Numbered from the whole stretch's first letter, positions 31,902 to 42,997 are shown. The stretch is 63,976 nt of DNA, filler included, from 6 parts of 6 records of this genome joined end to end with filler, not necessarily neighbours in it; one strand, 5' to 3'. Notes: a model not told the origin generated them from the sequence alone. Numbers and translations: made by a program.

Positions 31902-32405
31902 TTAAAGCCCCAGCACCATTTTTGCGATGATGTTGTGCTGAATCTCGTTCGAGCCGCCATAGATCGAGGTCTTGCGCATGTTGAAATAGTCCTGCGCAAC
32001 ACCCTGCGACCCTTCGGGGCCGGGCACGAATTCATTGCCGGTCACTTCGAGGCGCGGTGCCTCGACGACGGCGTAGTTTCCGACAGCCTCGACGGCAAGC
32101 TCGGTGATGCGCTGCTGGATCTCGGTCCCCTTGATCTTGAGGATCGAGGCTTCCGGTCCCGGACCGCGGCCCTTGCTCTCGGCGGCGAGCGTGCGCAGCT
32201 CGGTCACTTCGAGGGCGGAGAGGTCGATCTCGACTTCCGCGACCTTGCGGGCGAACTCGCCGGTCTTCATCAGCGGCTCGCCGTCGATGAGTTCGGCGGT
32301 CGCGATCTTCTTCAGGCGCTCAATCGCCTTCTTGGAGCGGGCAACGCCGGCAATGCCGGAGCGCTCGTTGCCGAGCAGGAACTTGGCGTAGGTCCAGCCC
32401 TTGTT
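31902..32405 (-). CDS. Acyl-CoA dehydrogenase (PimC-like), 5' truncated by the contig end
   Basis: KGWTYAKFLLGNER..SIYGGSNEIQHNII. Confidence 0.9.
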   Translation of the reverse strand, partial: NKGWTYAKFLLGNERSGIAGVARSKKAIERLKKIATAELIDGEPLMKTGEFARKVAEVEIDLSALEVTELRTLAAESKGRGPGPEASILKIKGTEIQQRITELAVEAVGNYAVVEAPRLEVTGNEFVPGPEGSQGVAQDYFNMRKTSIYGGSNEIQHNIIAKMVLGL

Positions 32406-32505
32406 NNNNNNNNNNNNNNNNNNNNNNNNNNNNNNNNNNNNNNNNNNNNTTAATTAATTAANNNNNNNNNNNNNNNNNNNNNNNNNNNNNNNNNNNNNNN
32501 NNNNN
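32406..32505. other. Artificial contig linker
   Basis: N-TTAATTAATTAA-N. Confidence 0.99.
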
Positions 32506-34104
32506 ATCGGCATTGTTGAGCAGGCGCGAGCGGTCGCCGCCATCATCGGGGAAGACGGCCACGCCAATGCTGCCCGCCGTGCTCACGGTGACCTGGTCGG
32601 TGACAATACGGGCAAACAGCGCGCTTTCGATGCGATCCAGAAACTCGCGCAGGCTTTCGATCGAATTGAACATCTTAAGCGCGGCAAACTCGTCGCCGCC
32701 CAGTCGGGCGATTGTCTCGCCTTCCTTCAGGCCTGTGCTCAGCCGCGTGCCGAGGGCCTTGAGAACCTGATCACCCACCAGATGACCATAGCTGTCATTG
32801 ATTTCCTTGAACCGGTCCAGATCAATAGCCACCACGGCGAAGTTCACATCCGTCTCGCTGGCGATGGAGACGGCGGCGTCGACGCGCTCATTGAACGCCG
32901 CGCGGTTGAGCAGGCTGGTGAGTGGATCATGATAGGCCAGATGGGCAACCTGGGCCTGCGAGCGCTGCTCGGAGGTCACGTCGTCAATCGTGGTTACCCA
33001 GCCGCCATCGACAATCGGGCTATGCAGAAAGCGGATAATGCGCCCGTCATTCATGGTGCGCATGTAATCACAGGTTTCGCCGCTGATAATCTTGCTGATG
33101 ATGCCGTCAATGCGGTGCTCGGCCTCTTCGCGGAGGGCGTCGGCAACCGGCTGGGAAGTGCCCTGCAGTGCCAGCGCCAGATCGCGGAAATGCATGCCGA
33201 TCAGATCGTGGTCGCCAATGCGATCGCCGAACAGGTTCGAGATCCGGTTATTGTGAAACTCCAGATGGCCATCGCGGCCGAACAGGCACAGGCCCTGGGC
33301 CATATGGGTGGTCGCCAGTTCGAACAGCGTGGTCACTTCCGTGATCTGTTCGGCGTCTGCCAATTGGCGCTGACGCTCGGTTTCGGCGCGGCGACGATCG
33401 GCCTCTTCGAGCACCATGCTGGCAAAGGTGATGGTCAAGGCGATCAGCGAGATTACCGTGACGCCGACCGACATCATTTCGCTGGTGATCTTGCCGATGG
33501 CTGGCAGCGCCGAACTGTTGGAGAAATCTGCGGCCGCCATGGCGCCGAAATTCATGCCGTAGGTCGCGACGCCCAGCAACAGGGCGCCAGCCGTGATATG
33601 GCGCCGCATCGCCACCACAAAGGCCAGCCCTGCCAGCGCCATGCCGACGATGACCACCACGGTGAGTATTGGCAGGTTCCAGCCGATCGTACCACCGATC
33701 ACCGTGCCAGCGCGGCCAAATATCTGAATGGAGGCCATGGCGAGACCCACCACGGCGCCGCCCATGAACCGAATGCCGATGCCGTCACCGCGCGTGGCCA
33801 GCGCGACGCCAGCGCCGCTGATCAGAACGGCAACGAGCAGCGACAGATCAATCGCCCCCGGCGTGAAGCTGATGGCAAAGCCTGGGTTCCAGGCCAGCGC
33901 GCCGATAAAGTGGGTCGCCCAGATGCCCAGCCCCATCAAGACGCTGGCGACACTGATCCAGATGGCCTGTACGACGCCGGTGTGGCGCTGGGACTTCCGC
34001 AGCAAATTGGTGCTGCCATAGGCGGCGACCAGGCAAACGACAGCGGCCCAGGCCAGAAGGCGGGGATCATGAGCGGGAAAGAGAGAATTCATTGAAGAAA
34101 ACAC
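32506..34104 (-). CDS. MHYT-PAS-GGDEF signalling protein, 3' truncated (may continue into an EAL domain)
   Basis: GIWATHFIG MHYT-type repeat, HDPLTSLLNR, DLDRFKEIND, RLGGDEF. Confidence 0.88.
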
Positions 34105-34229
34105 GGTGCCGCCTTTACCAGAGCACCCTTACCCTAAAGACCCGCACTTAAGCTGACGTTACAAGACGGGGATAACCATATGTTACCTTCCGCCGAAGAA
34201 TAAAAAGAATGGACGCATCCGGATGTCGC

Positions 34230-35573
34230 TCAATGCGCTGCCGGACCGGTCAGACGCGAGCGGATCGCATTGGAAATATTGTCGAAGATGAACACCACGA
34301 TCAGGATCAGGATGACCATATAGGCAACGTTCTCCCAATCCTGATTGGTGCGCATGGCCTCGATCAGTTTAAGCCCGATGCCCCCTGCCCCTACAGCGCC
34401 GATAATGGTGGCCGAGCGGGTATTGCTCTCCCAGAAATATAGCGCCTGACTGACAAAGACCGGCAGCACCTGGGGCACCACACCATAGCGGTGCACCGCC
34501 ATGCCCGATGCACCGACGGATTTGACGCCTTCGCGCTGGCGGTCATCGATGTTTTCGAGCGCCTCAGTATTGGTCTTGCCCAGCGTGCCGGTGTCGGTGA
34601 AGAAAATGGCCGCGATACCCGGAATGGGCCCCGGGCCAAAGCCACGCACGAAGAACAGTGCCCAGATCAGCATGTCCACCGAGCGCAGGAAGTCGAAGGC
34701 CCGTTTCATCAGCCAGTTGCCGGGGCGATTGGCGGTGATGTTGCGCGCGGCAATGAAGGAAAGGGGAAAGGCCAGCAATGCCGCGAACAGCGTGCCGACA
34801 AAGGCCATGACGATGGTCTGGAGCAGCTTGTCATAGACATCAAGATGCTGCCACTCGGCATTGTAGAGAAACTCGACCGCCATCAATTGCACATTGGGCA
34901 TGTCGGGCTCAAAGCGCGGCGCCACGGTGATCGCCTGCCAGACTTGGGCGGCGGTCATGCCAAAGAAATGCGAATTGGTATCGAAGAAGAAATTGGGCCA
35001 GCCCAGAAAACGATGACGGACATAGACCTGGGTATTGCGGATCTCGGCCTGCCCGACAAAGCCGTAGTCGACTGTCACCCGGCCTCCCTTGAGCGACATG
35101 GCGGCGGGCGCATCGACGGGCAATAGCGCCCCATCATCGGTAATGGGCACGTCATAGCGCTGGCCGTCGACCACCGCGACCACGGCGGTCGGGCTGATCT
35201 CGACGCTATTGGCGGGGCTACCAAAGCTTGTCACATAGCTTTTGGGTCCGGTCTGCTCGATCCAGTCCGGATCGGGATTGTCGCCCAGCAGCGAGCGGGT
35301 CCATTCGAGTTCGACACTGTCATTCTTGAAGCGGAAGCGCGGCGTGGCCTCCCAGGAATACCAGTCCGCGATATAGATGCTGGCGCGGGCCCATTGGGCA
35401 TTTGCCAACACGCCCGAGATATCGAAGAAGAAGAAGCAGAACACCAGATAGGCCGCCGTTCCCAGCGCCACCAGCGGCATGGTCAGGCGCTGCTGCAGGG
35501 GACGATGAAACACGGCGCCGTGGCGGGCCTTGAGGTCAAGAGCCTCACTGGCGGTCATTTGCATGCTGGACAT
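34230..35573 (-). CDS. phnE: Phosphonate ABC permease with a large periplasmic insertion
   Basis: LRSVDMLIWAL, WESNTRSATIIGAVGAGGIG. Confidence 0.9.
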   Translation of the reverse strand: MSSMQMTASEALDLKARHGAVFHRPLQQRLTMPLVALGTAAYLVFCFFFFDISGVLANAQWARASIYIADWYSWEATPRFRFKNDSVELEWTRSLLGDNPDPDWIEQTGPKSYVTSFGSPANSVEISPTAVVAVVDGQRYDVPITDDGALLPVDAPAAMSLKGGRVTVDYGFVGQAEIRNTQVYVRHRFLGWPNFFFDTNSHFFGMTAAQVWQAITVAPRFEPDMPNVQLMAVEFLYNAEWQHLDVYDKLLQTIVMAFVGTLFAALLAFPLSFIAARNITANRPGNWLMKRAFDFLRSVDMLIWALFFVRGFGPGPIPGIAAIFFTDTGTLGKTNTEALENIDDRQREGVKSVGASGMAVHRYGVVPQVLPVFVSQALYFWESNTRSATIIGAVGAGGIGLKLIEAMRTNQDWENVAYMVILILIVVFIFDNISNAIRSRLTGPAAH

Positions 35574-35583
35574 GGTGTTTTCC

Positions 35584-36555
35584 TCAACCGCCGAACTGGA
35601 AGGCAGACGGGCCGACCAGACGCTTGCGCAACGCGCCGGAGATCGCGTCGATGCCGATAATGGTGGCAAACAACAGGATGATGATCGCGTAGGTCTTGGC
35701 GGCATGATCGCGGCCAATCGAGAGCCGGAACACCTCGCCAATGCCGCCGCCGCCCACTGCGCCGATAATGGTGGAGGCGCGCACATTGATCTCGGCGCGC
35801 AACAAGGCATAGGAGACGAAGTTCGGCATGACCTGGGGCACGAAGGCGAAGCGGACGCGCTCGAACCAGTTGGCCCCCACCGAGCGCAGCCCCTCATCGG
35901 CGCGGCCATCGGCATTCTCGGTGACTTCGTAGAACAGCTTGCCCAGTGCACCCACCGTATGCAGGCTGACCGCAACAATGGCGCCGATCGGGCCCACCGA
36001 GAGGATTGCCACCAGCATGCCGGCGACGACGATTTCGGGGAAAGCGCGCAGCACTTCGAGAAAACGCCGCACCACGAACCGGATCGTGCGTGACCCGGTC
36101 ACATTGCTGGCTGCCAGAAAGCACAGGCCAAAGGCAAAAGTGACGCCGAAAATGGTCGAGACCAGTGCGATATTGATCGTCACCAGCATCTGGTAGAAAT
36201 ATTCGGGCAGATAGAAATCGCCGAGCAGATAGACCCGGCCTTCCTCGTAATTGTACTTGAACGAGCCATCGGCCAGCGGCGAAGGCAGGTCGAACAGCGC
36301 GCGCACGATTTCCATCGGCTCGTCGGGCTGAAAGTGAATGAAGAAGTCGAAGAAATAGGGCAGCCGGTCGAAGAAGGCGCCAGCGTTTGACGCATTGGCA
36401 AACCAGAGCGAAGCGGACAGCACCACCAGCAAGGCGCCCCCGACCAGCAGCGTATAGAGCCGTCTGGTGCGCAGCAGGGACCGGTAGTGCGCATGCACCA
36501 CGCCCAGTTCCCTGGAAAGCGGGGCCGGATTGCCGGGAAGGATGGTCTCGCTCAT
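35584..36555 (-). CDS. phnE: Phosphonate ABC permease
   Basis: RAFPEIV, GALGKL, EINVRASTIIGAVGGGGIG. Confidence 0.92.
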   Translation of the reverse strand: MSETILPGNPAPLSRELGVVHAHYRSLLRTRRLYTLLVGGALLVVLSASLWFANASNAGAFFDRLPYFFDFFIHFQPDEPMEIVRALFDLPSPLADGSFKYNYEEGRVYLLGDFYLPEYFYQMLVTINIALVSTIFGVTFAFGLCFLAASNVTGSRTIRFVVRRFLEVLRAFPEIVVAGMLVAILSVGPIGAIVAVSLHTVGALGKLFYEVTENADGRADEGLRSVGANWFERVRFAFVPQVMPNFVSYALLRAEINVRASTIIGAVGGGGIGEVFRLSIGRDHAAKTYAIIILLFATIIGIDAISGALRKRLVGPSAFQFGG

Positions 36556-36618
36556 GGATCGCCCTCAAAGAATGGCGGCGGCGTGTGATCACGCCGCCTG
36601 CCGGTATCGGATTGGCGA

Positions 36619-37530
36619 TCAGCCGCCGATGGTTGCCTTGCGGGCGTCGATGATGGGCTTGTAGAAATCGGCGTCGACCGGGGCATAGCCCTTGTAGTCG
36701 CCGCGTTCGATGCCGCTGAAGCACTCGTAATTGGTCTCGGGCAGATTGGTGTAGAAGGCGACGATCTTGTCCTTCATGGCCTGTGGCAAGTCCGAGCGCA
36801 TCACATTGGGACCATTGGGGATCAGCGGCGAGAGCCAGAGCTGGGTCACGTCTTCCATGTCCAGCATGCCCTTGTCGGCCATCGAGCGGGTATTGCCCGA
36901 ACTATAGCCTTCGGAGAATTCGCCAACGCCAGAGGTCCAGGTCACAGCCACATCGACCTTGTGGTCGAGCAGGGCGAGAACGTTGTTCTCGTGGCCACCA
37001 TTGAACGAGGTTGCCGAGAAATATTCGTCATTGGCCATGCCGGTCTGTTCGGGCAGGGTCACCAGCGGGACGAGATAGCCCGAGGTGGAGTCCGGATCGG
37101 CATAGCCCAGGGTCTTGCCCTTGGCCGCTTCGAGGGTGTCGATGCCCGAATCCTTGCGGGCCAGCAGGATCGAGTGATAGCCCATGGCGCCGTCGAGCTG
37201 GACGGTGGTGTTGAAGGGCTCAACGGCTTCGGGGTCGGCCAGATAGACCTTGGCAAAACCTGAAGCACCCAGACCGGCGATATCGAGCGTGCCGCCGAGC
37301 AGGCCCTGGATTACACCGTCATAGTCAGCTGCGGGGAACAGTTTGACTTCCTTGACGCCCAGCGCTTCTGGCAGCAGGTCGATCAGGCACTGGTTGTTGG
37401 CGAGACGGTCCGTCTCGTTTTCGCCGCCAAGGATGCCGATGCGGATTACATCCATTTCCTGGGCGAAGGTCGGTGCAGTGACGCCAGCGAGCGCGATGCC
37501 GGCGAGCAGGACGGTACGAATTGCGGTCAT
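36619..37530 (-). CDS. phnD: Phosphonate ABC substrate-binding protein
   Basis: Signal peptide, DPDSTSGYLVP, GGHE. Confidence 0.92.
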   Translation of the reverse strand: MTAIRTVLLAGIALAGVTAPTFAQEMDVIRIGILGGENETDRLANNQCLIDLLPEALGVKEVKLFPAADYDGVIQGLLGGTLDIAGLGASGFAKVYLADPEAVEPFNTTVQLDGAMGYHSILLARKDSGIDTLEAAKGKTLGYADPDSTSGYLVPLVTLPEQTGMANDEYFSATSFNGGHENNVLALLDHKVDVAVTWTSGVGEFSEGYSSGNTRSMADKGMLDMEDVTQLWLSPLIPNGPNVMRSDLPQAMKDKIVAFYTNLPETNYECFSGIERGDYKGYAPVDADFYKPIIDARKATIGG

Positions 37531-37609
37531 GGAAGTCTCCTTTGGTGACGCAAAGATGTCGACGGACTGCCGGGCTGGGCCCGTTGTGCAGCCGCGGAAC
37601 GCTTGAATT

Positions 37610-38440
37610 TCAGAGGGCGTCGGCCAGTTCGCGGGGCTTGGCCGTGGGCCGCCGGGCGGGCTCGATGCTGGTGGAAGTCATGGCTTCGGAGAAGGCCTCT
37701 TCGAGCCCCTCGGCACCGTAGAGCTGGCGCGCCACATCGGTGGTCAGTTGCTCGGGTGTGCCGTCAAACACCACCCGGCCTGCCGCCATGCCGATGATGC
37801 GACCGCAATAGGCGCGCGCAGTATCCAGGGTATGCAGATTGGTAATCACGGTCAGGCCCTGCTCGCGATTGATGGCGTGCAGGCTGTCCATGACGATCTT
37901 GGCATTGCGCGGGTCCAGGCTCGCGATCGGCTCATCGGCCAGAATCATGCGCGGGGCCTGCATCAGCGCCCGGGCAATGGCCACACGCTGCTGCTGGCCA
38001 CCGGACAGGGTCTGGGCCCACTGGGTGGCAGTCTGGGCGATATCGAGCCGTTCGAGCGCCTGGAGTGCCCGCAACTGCTCAGCTTCGGTAAAAATCTGCA
38101 ACAGCGACAGCAGCGTCGAGCGATGGTTGAGCCGGCCCAGCATCACATTGGTGATCACATCCAGACGTGGCACCAGATTGAACTGCTGAAAGATCATGGC
38201 GCAATCGCGTTGCCAGTTGCGCAGCGCCTTGCCGCGCAGCGCCGAGACCTCGACGCCATCAAATCGGATGGCGCCCTCGGACACATTGGTCAGCCGGTTG
38301 ATCATGCGCAGCAGGGTCGACTTGCCGGCGCCTGAACGGCCGATAATGCCGACCATCTGCCCCTGCGGGATTTCCAGATTCACGTCGCTGACGGCAAGCT
38401 TGTCGCCGAAGCGCCGCGAGACATTTGAAATCGTAAGCAT
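37610..38440 (-). CDS. phnC: Phosphonate ABC ATPase
   Basis: [33 protein letters not shown]. Confidence 0.95.
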   Translation of the reverse strand: MLTISNVSRRFGDKLAVSDVNLEIPQGQMVGIIGRSGAGKSTLLRMINRLTNVSEGAIRFDGVEVSALRGKALRNWQRDCAMIFQQFNLVPRLDVITNVMLGRLNHRSTLLSLLQIFTEAEQLRALQALERLDIAQTATQWAQTLSGGQQQRVAIARALMQAPRMILADEPIASLDPRNAKIVMDSLHAINREQGLTVITNLHTLDTARAYCGRIIGMAAGRVVFDGTPEQLTTDVARQLYGAEGLEEAFSEAMTSTSIEPARRPTAKPRELADAL

Positions 38441-38483
38441 CAGCGCCCTCGCTGTTGAACTGCGGCAGACCTAGGGCGGCGAC

Positions 38484-38523
38484 GTGAAGCTGGGATTACA
38501 CTGGGGTGACGGTTGCGTGACGA
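38484..38523 (-). promoter_or_regulatory. Pho-box array upstream of phnC
   Basis: Minus strand GTCAC/GTCAC/GTAAT/TTCAC at exact 11-bp spacing. Confidence 0.7.
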
Positions 38524-38632
38524 TGCACAAGAGCGCAATTTGGGAGCCCTGAACGGGCAAAAACGCCCCCTGGGATCGATGCCAGGGAGCGCTTTTGAGT
38601 GCCGGCTCTACTTGATCGTGTGCAATAGGGGC

Positions 38633-39334
38633 CTATGCAGCGATCCTGGGCGCAAAGGCAGTCACATCGAGAATGCGGTCGGCGACCTGCTCGCGCACTT
38701 CCTCATCGTGGAAGATGCCCAATTGGGCGACACCTGCCGCCTTTTTCTCGGCAATCATGGCCACCACAACGGCCCTGTTGATGGCGTCGAGCGAGGCCGT
38801 CGGTTCATCGAGCAGCAGCACCGGATGGGCGGTGATGAAGCCGCGCGCAATATTGACGCGTTGCTGCTCGCCGCCAGAAAAAGTCGCTGGCGGCAGGCTC
38901 CACAGCCGTTCAGGCAGGTTGAGCCGGGCCAGCAGGTCGCGTGCCCGCCCCTGCGCCAGTTCGCGCTCAACGCCGCGAATAACCAGCGGTTCGGCCACCA
39001 CGTCGAGCGCGGAAACGCGGGGTACGGTGCGCAGGAACTGGCTGACATAGCCGATGCTATCGCGCCTGAGCGTCAGCACGGTGCGCGGGTCGGCACTGGC
39101 CAGATCCACCGGCTCACCATGGTGGCGCAACATGATGGTGCCAGCATCAACACCATAATTGCCATAGACCATTTTGAGGATCGAACTCTTGCCCGCCCCC
39201 GATGGTCCGCCCAGCACGACGCATTCGCCGGGCTGGACGTCGAAGGTCACATTGTCGACCACCGGCAGCACCACGCCATCGCGCAGGTGCATGGTGAAGG
39301 TCTTGGCCAGATTTTTCACGGATAGGGCGGTCAT
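38633..39334 (-). CDS. phnL: C-P lyase ATPase subunit
   Basis: KTFTMHL, GPSGAGKS, PPATFSGGEQQRVN. Confidence 0.95.
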   Translation of the reverse strand: MTALSVKNLAKTFTMHLRDGVVLPVVDNVTFDVQPGECVVLGGPSGAGKSSILKMVYGNYGVDAGTIMLRHHGEPVDLASADPRTVLTLRRDSIGYVSQFLRTVPRVSALDVVAEPLVIRGVERELAQGRARDLLARLNLPERLWSLPPATFSGGEQQRVNIARGFITAHPVLLLDEPTASLDAINRAVVVAMIAEKKAAGVAQLGIFHDEEVREQVADRILDVTAFAPRIAA

Positions 39335-39360
39335 CGGATAGCTCCGCAGATGTGTAAGAA

Positions 39361-39486
39361 ACCCCCACCCTTGGTCCCGCCCCACAAGGGAGAGGGAGAA
39401 GACGGGGCAACGATCGGTGGCACAGTGTCGTCCGCGCACTGGACAGGCTTCCCTTCCCCTTGTGGGAAGGCAATGAAGGTGGAGGA
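39361..39486. repeat. Palindromic REP-like/MITE element between phnK and phnL
   Basis: ACCCCCACCC..CCCCACAAGGGAGAGGGA ... TCCCTTCCCCTTGTGGGAAGG..GGTGGAGG imperfect inverted arms. Confidence 0.7.
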
Positions 39487-39494
39487 TCTCACCC

Positions 39495-40271
39495 TCACAC
39501 CTGCAAGATCGAGGAGACCAGCAATTGGGTATATGGCTCACGCGGATCATCCAGCACCCGGTCGGTCAGACCGGATTCGATGACGTGGCCGTCCTTCATC
39601 ACCATCATGCGGTGGCTGAGCAGACGCGCGACGGCCAGATCATGGGTCACCACTATGGCCGCCAGTCCCAACTCCCCAACCAGTCCGCGCAGCAGATCGA
39701 GCAGGCGGGCCTGCACCGACACATCAAGGCCGCCAGTGGGCTCGTCCATGAACACCAGGCGCGGCCCGGTCACCAGATTACGGGCAATCTGCAGGCGCTG
39801 GCGCATACCGCCAGAAAAGGATCGCGGCTGATCGTCAACACGGTCGGCGGCAATCTCCACCCGGCCGAGCCAATCGAGCGCGGTTTCGCGGATATGGCCG
39901 TAGTTCCGGTCTCCCACTGCCATCAGCCGTTCGCCGACATTGGCACCAGCGGACACCGTCATGCGCAGACCATCGGCGGGGTTCTGATGCACAAACCCCC
40001 AATCGGTGCGCACCAGAAAGCGGCGCTCGGCTTCGCTCAGATCGTAGATATTGCGCCATTGCTCATCGCGCATGCGGTAAAGCGTCCGGCCCGCGCTGGG
40101 CTCGAGCGTCGCCGAAAGAGAATTGAGCAGTGTGGTCTTGCCCGAGCCGGATTCCCCGACAATGGCCAGCACTTCGCCGGGCCAGAGCGCGAAGCTGACA
40201 TCGGCACAGCCCAGACGGCTACCGTAATATTTGGTCAGACCCTCAACCTTGAGAAGCGGTTCAGCGCTCAT
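39495..40271 (-). CDS. phnK: C-P lyase ATPase subunit
   Basis: GESGSGKT, VSAGANVGERL, MDEPTGGLDVSVQA, PYTQLLVSS. Confidence 0.95.
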   Translation of the reverse strand: MSAEPLLKVEGLTKYYGSRLGCADVSFALWPGEVLAIVGESGSGKTTLLNSLSATLEPSAGRTLYRMRDEQWRNIYDLSEAERRFLVRTDWGFVHQNPADGLRMTVSAGANVGERLMAVGDRNYGHIRETALDWLGRVEIAADRVDDQPRSFSGGMRQRLQIARNLVTGPRLVFMDEPTGGLDVSVQARLLDLLRGLVGELGLAAIVVTHDLAVARLLSHRMMVMKDGHVIESGLTDRVLDDPREPYTQLLVSSILQV

Positions 40272-41126
40272 TGGGCTGCCTCCTGTTGCACGCCCAGGGC
40301 GCCGACATGCCCGGCTTCGCGGCGTTCCTCGCAGTTATCGGTGTCCGAGCACACATACATGTGCCCGCCATGGTCATCGAGAATGACCTCATCGAGATAG
40401 ACCTGTTCGGCGCCACACAGCGCGCAGGGCTGTTCGAAATGCTGCACCTCGAAGGGATGGTCTTCAAAGTCCAGGCTGACCACTTCGGTAAAAGGCGGAA
40501 TGGCGTAGATGCGGTGTTCACGCCCTGCCCCGAAAAGTTGCAGGGCGGCACTCATGTGCATTTTGGGGTTGTCGAATTTAGGGGTTGGCGAGGGGTCCAT
40601 CACATAGCGTCCCTCGACTTTGACCGGATAGGCATAGGTGGTGGCGATATGGCCGTGCCGGGCAATGTCCTCATAGAGTTTGACGTGCATCAGCCCGTAT
40701 TCCTCCAGCGCGTGCATCTTGCGGGTCTCGGTTTCGCGCGGTTCAAGGAAGCGCAGCGGCTCGGGGATCGGCACCTGATAGACCAGGATCTGCCCCTTCC
40801 CCAGTGCCCGTTCGGGAATGCGGTGGCGGGTCTGGATGATGGTGGCCTGCGCAGTATGGGTGGTCGTTTCCACCTGCGCCACCTTGGCAAAGAAAGCCCG
40901 GATCGAGACCGCATTGGTGGTGTCGTCGGCGCCCTGATCGATGACCTTGAGCACATCATCGGGTCCGATGATTGAGGCGGTCACCTGCACCCCGCCCGTG
41001 CCCCAGCCATACGGCATGGGCATTTCGCGGCTGGAAAACGGCACCTGATAACCGGGAATGGCGATGGCCTTGAGGATGGCCCGACGGATCATCCGTTTGG
41101 TCTGCTCATCGAGATAGGCGAAATTG
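40268..41126 (-). CDS. phnJ: C-P lyase radical SAM subunit, 5' truncated
   Basis: NFAYLDEQTKR, YGWGTGG, CALC..CSDTD.C. Confidence 0.96.
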
Positions 41127-41226
41127 NNNNNNNNNNNNNNNNNNNNNNNNNNNNNNNNNNNNNNNNNNNNTTAATTAATTAANNNNNNNNNNNNNNNNNN
41201 NNNNNNNNNNNNNNNNNNNNNNNNNN
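41127..41226. other. Artificial contig linker
   Basis: N-TTAATTAATTAA-N. Confidence 0.99.
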
Positions 41227-41967
41227 GTCACGGGGATAGTCGGCGGAAAGAAAGTCGCCCTCGGCAACAAGGCGCTCTTCGCGGAACTCGGCATCGGCAC
41301 CGCCCCGCTCGCCGCCCGCGCGGATGAGTTGCGGGGCGGGGGCGCCACCGTCGTCTTCGTCGCCGTCGATGGCGCGCTCGCAGGCCTCGTCGCCGTCGCC
41401 GACCCGGTGAAGGAAACCAGCGCCGAGGCGCTCCGCCTTCTCCGCGAACAGGGGCTTCGCATCGTCATGCTGACCGGCGACGGCCGCGCGACGGCTGAAG
41501 CCGTGGCGCGCGAGCTCGGCATCGGCGAAGTCGAAGCCGAAGTCCTCCCCGAAGACAAAAGCAATGTCGTAAAACGCCTGCAAAGCGAAGGCCGCATCGT
41601 CGCCATGGCCGGCGACGGCGTAAACGACGCCCCCGCGCTCGCGGCGGCAGATGTCGGCATCGCCATGGGCTCGGGCACCGACGTCGCGATGGACGCCGCC
41701 GGCGTCACGCTGGTAAAGGGCGACCTGATGGGCCTGCTGCGCGCCCGCGAACTCAGCCAGGCCGCCATGCGCAACATCCGCCAGAACCTCTTCTTCGCCT
41801 TCGTCTACAACGCGGCAGGCGTGCCGATTGCGGCGGGCGTGCTCTATCCGGTCTTCGGCCTGCTCCTGAGCCCCGTCTTCGCCGCGGCGGCCATGTCGCT
41901 GTCGTCGGTCTCGGTAATTGGGAATGCGCTGCGGCTGAGGCGGGTGCGGCTGGGGAGGACGGGGTAG
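41227..41967 (+). CDS. copA: Cu-translocating P1B ATPase, C-terminal part
   Basis: [33 protein letters not shown]. Confidence 0.9.
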   Translation, partial: VTGIVGGKKVALGNKALFAELGIGTAPLAARADELRGGGATVVFVAVDGALAGLVAVADPVKETSAEALRLLREQGLRIVMLTGDGRATAEAVARELGIGEVEAEVLPEDKSNVVKRLQSEGRIVAMAGDGVNDAPALAAADVGIAMGSGTDVAMDAAGVTLVKGDLMGLLRARELSQAAMRNIRQNLFFAFVYNAAGVPIAAGVLYPVFGLLLSPVFAAAAMSLSSVSVIGNALRLRRVRLGRTG

Positions 41968-42114
41968 GAAAACTGCTTATAATGAGAACAAAGAGTGAAT
42001 ATTCCTTGTCGCGTCGAGGGAAATATGCGAAGAGAACCCTGTTGACTCAAAGAGACGTCATCGGGCTCAACGGGGGGTGGCCTGATCGTGATGCTAGCTG
42101 GTCTTCGATCTTCT

Positions 42115-42996
42115 ATGCGTCGGCTCCGCCATCGAACAGGAGCGCCGCCGCCGGTGTCCTATCTCCCGCCGTCTGGACGGAATGGGCGCGCGCGCGTGGC
42201 GTTGGTCACCATCATTGAGGAAGAATTTGCGGCGGCCCAGAGAATTTTTGGCTTAGGCCAAAATATCAGAGGCACCCCTTATTTCGTTTCTGAACTAATC
42301 GACGGGCAAAGTAGTTGGGATGTGGTCCTGATGCAGGCCACGGATCGATCCAATGTTCCTGTAATGGGTGACGTTTCGGGTCTCATGGAGGACCTTCGAC
42401 CTCAAGTGATTATTTTGCTTGGGGTGGCGGGAGGCCTTTGCAACGAAGAGAACAGAGGACGGGAAGGTATCAACTTAGGGGATGTGTTGATTGCCGACCA
42501 AGTGAGCTATGTCGAGTTTTTGAAGATCACCCCGCAAGGCGCCCTAATGCGCAGTTACGCAATCGATCATCCTTCGGTGTCTCTTCGGAAATCAATTTGT
42601 GTGCCAATTCAGAAGGCTTTTGTGATTGGTGATCATCTCGCAGGCGCAGAACCGCCAGAACCAGGTTCGTTCAATGTACATATCGGCGGGATAGTTTCTG
42701 GTGAGAAAGTATTAGGCGATGTGCAAAGTCATATTCAGCAGGAGTTACTCCGTCCGTTCGATAAGGCACTGGCTGTTGATATGGAGTCGATAGGAATAGC
42801 GCGTGCGGTATGCGATGGACGGAGTTCATTTTGGTACCATCCCCGATACGTTGTAATTCGGGGCATTTCTGACCTCGTTAGCGCAGATGAGAATGATGGC
42901 ATGCGCGCAAGATGGAAGGCCTTTGCTGCTTTCACTGCCGCACTTGTTGCGCGCGAATTTGTCAACCGGCTGCCGATTGATGATAGGACGGCGTGA
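42115..42996 (+). CDS. PNP/MTA-SAH nucleosidase superfamily protein, putative defence effector
   Basis: VTIIEEE, LLGVAGGL, LGDVLIAD, GGIVSGEKVL, AVDMES, IRGISD. Start could also be GTG 42088 or ATG 42091. Confidence 0.85.
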   Translation: MRRLRHRTGAPPPVSYLPPSGRNGRARVALVTIIEEEFAAAQRIFGLGQNIRGTPYFVSELIDGQSSWDVVLMQATDRSNVPVMGDVSGLMEDLRPQVIILLGVAGGLCNEENRGREGINLGDVLIADQVSYVEFLKITPQGALMRSYAIDHPSVSLRKSICVPIQKAFVIGDHLAGAEPPEPGSFNVHIGGIVSGEKVLGDVQSHIQQELLRPFDKALAVDMESIGIARAVCDGRSSFWYHPRYVVIRGISDLVSADENDGMRARWKAFAAFTAALVAREFVNRLPIDDRTA

Positions 42997-42997
42997 A

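Noticed and set aside
41978-41983. TATAAT as the island promoter
   Set aside because: No recognisable -35 or extended -10; cannot be supported.
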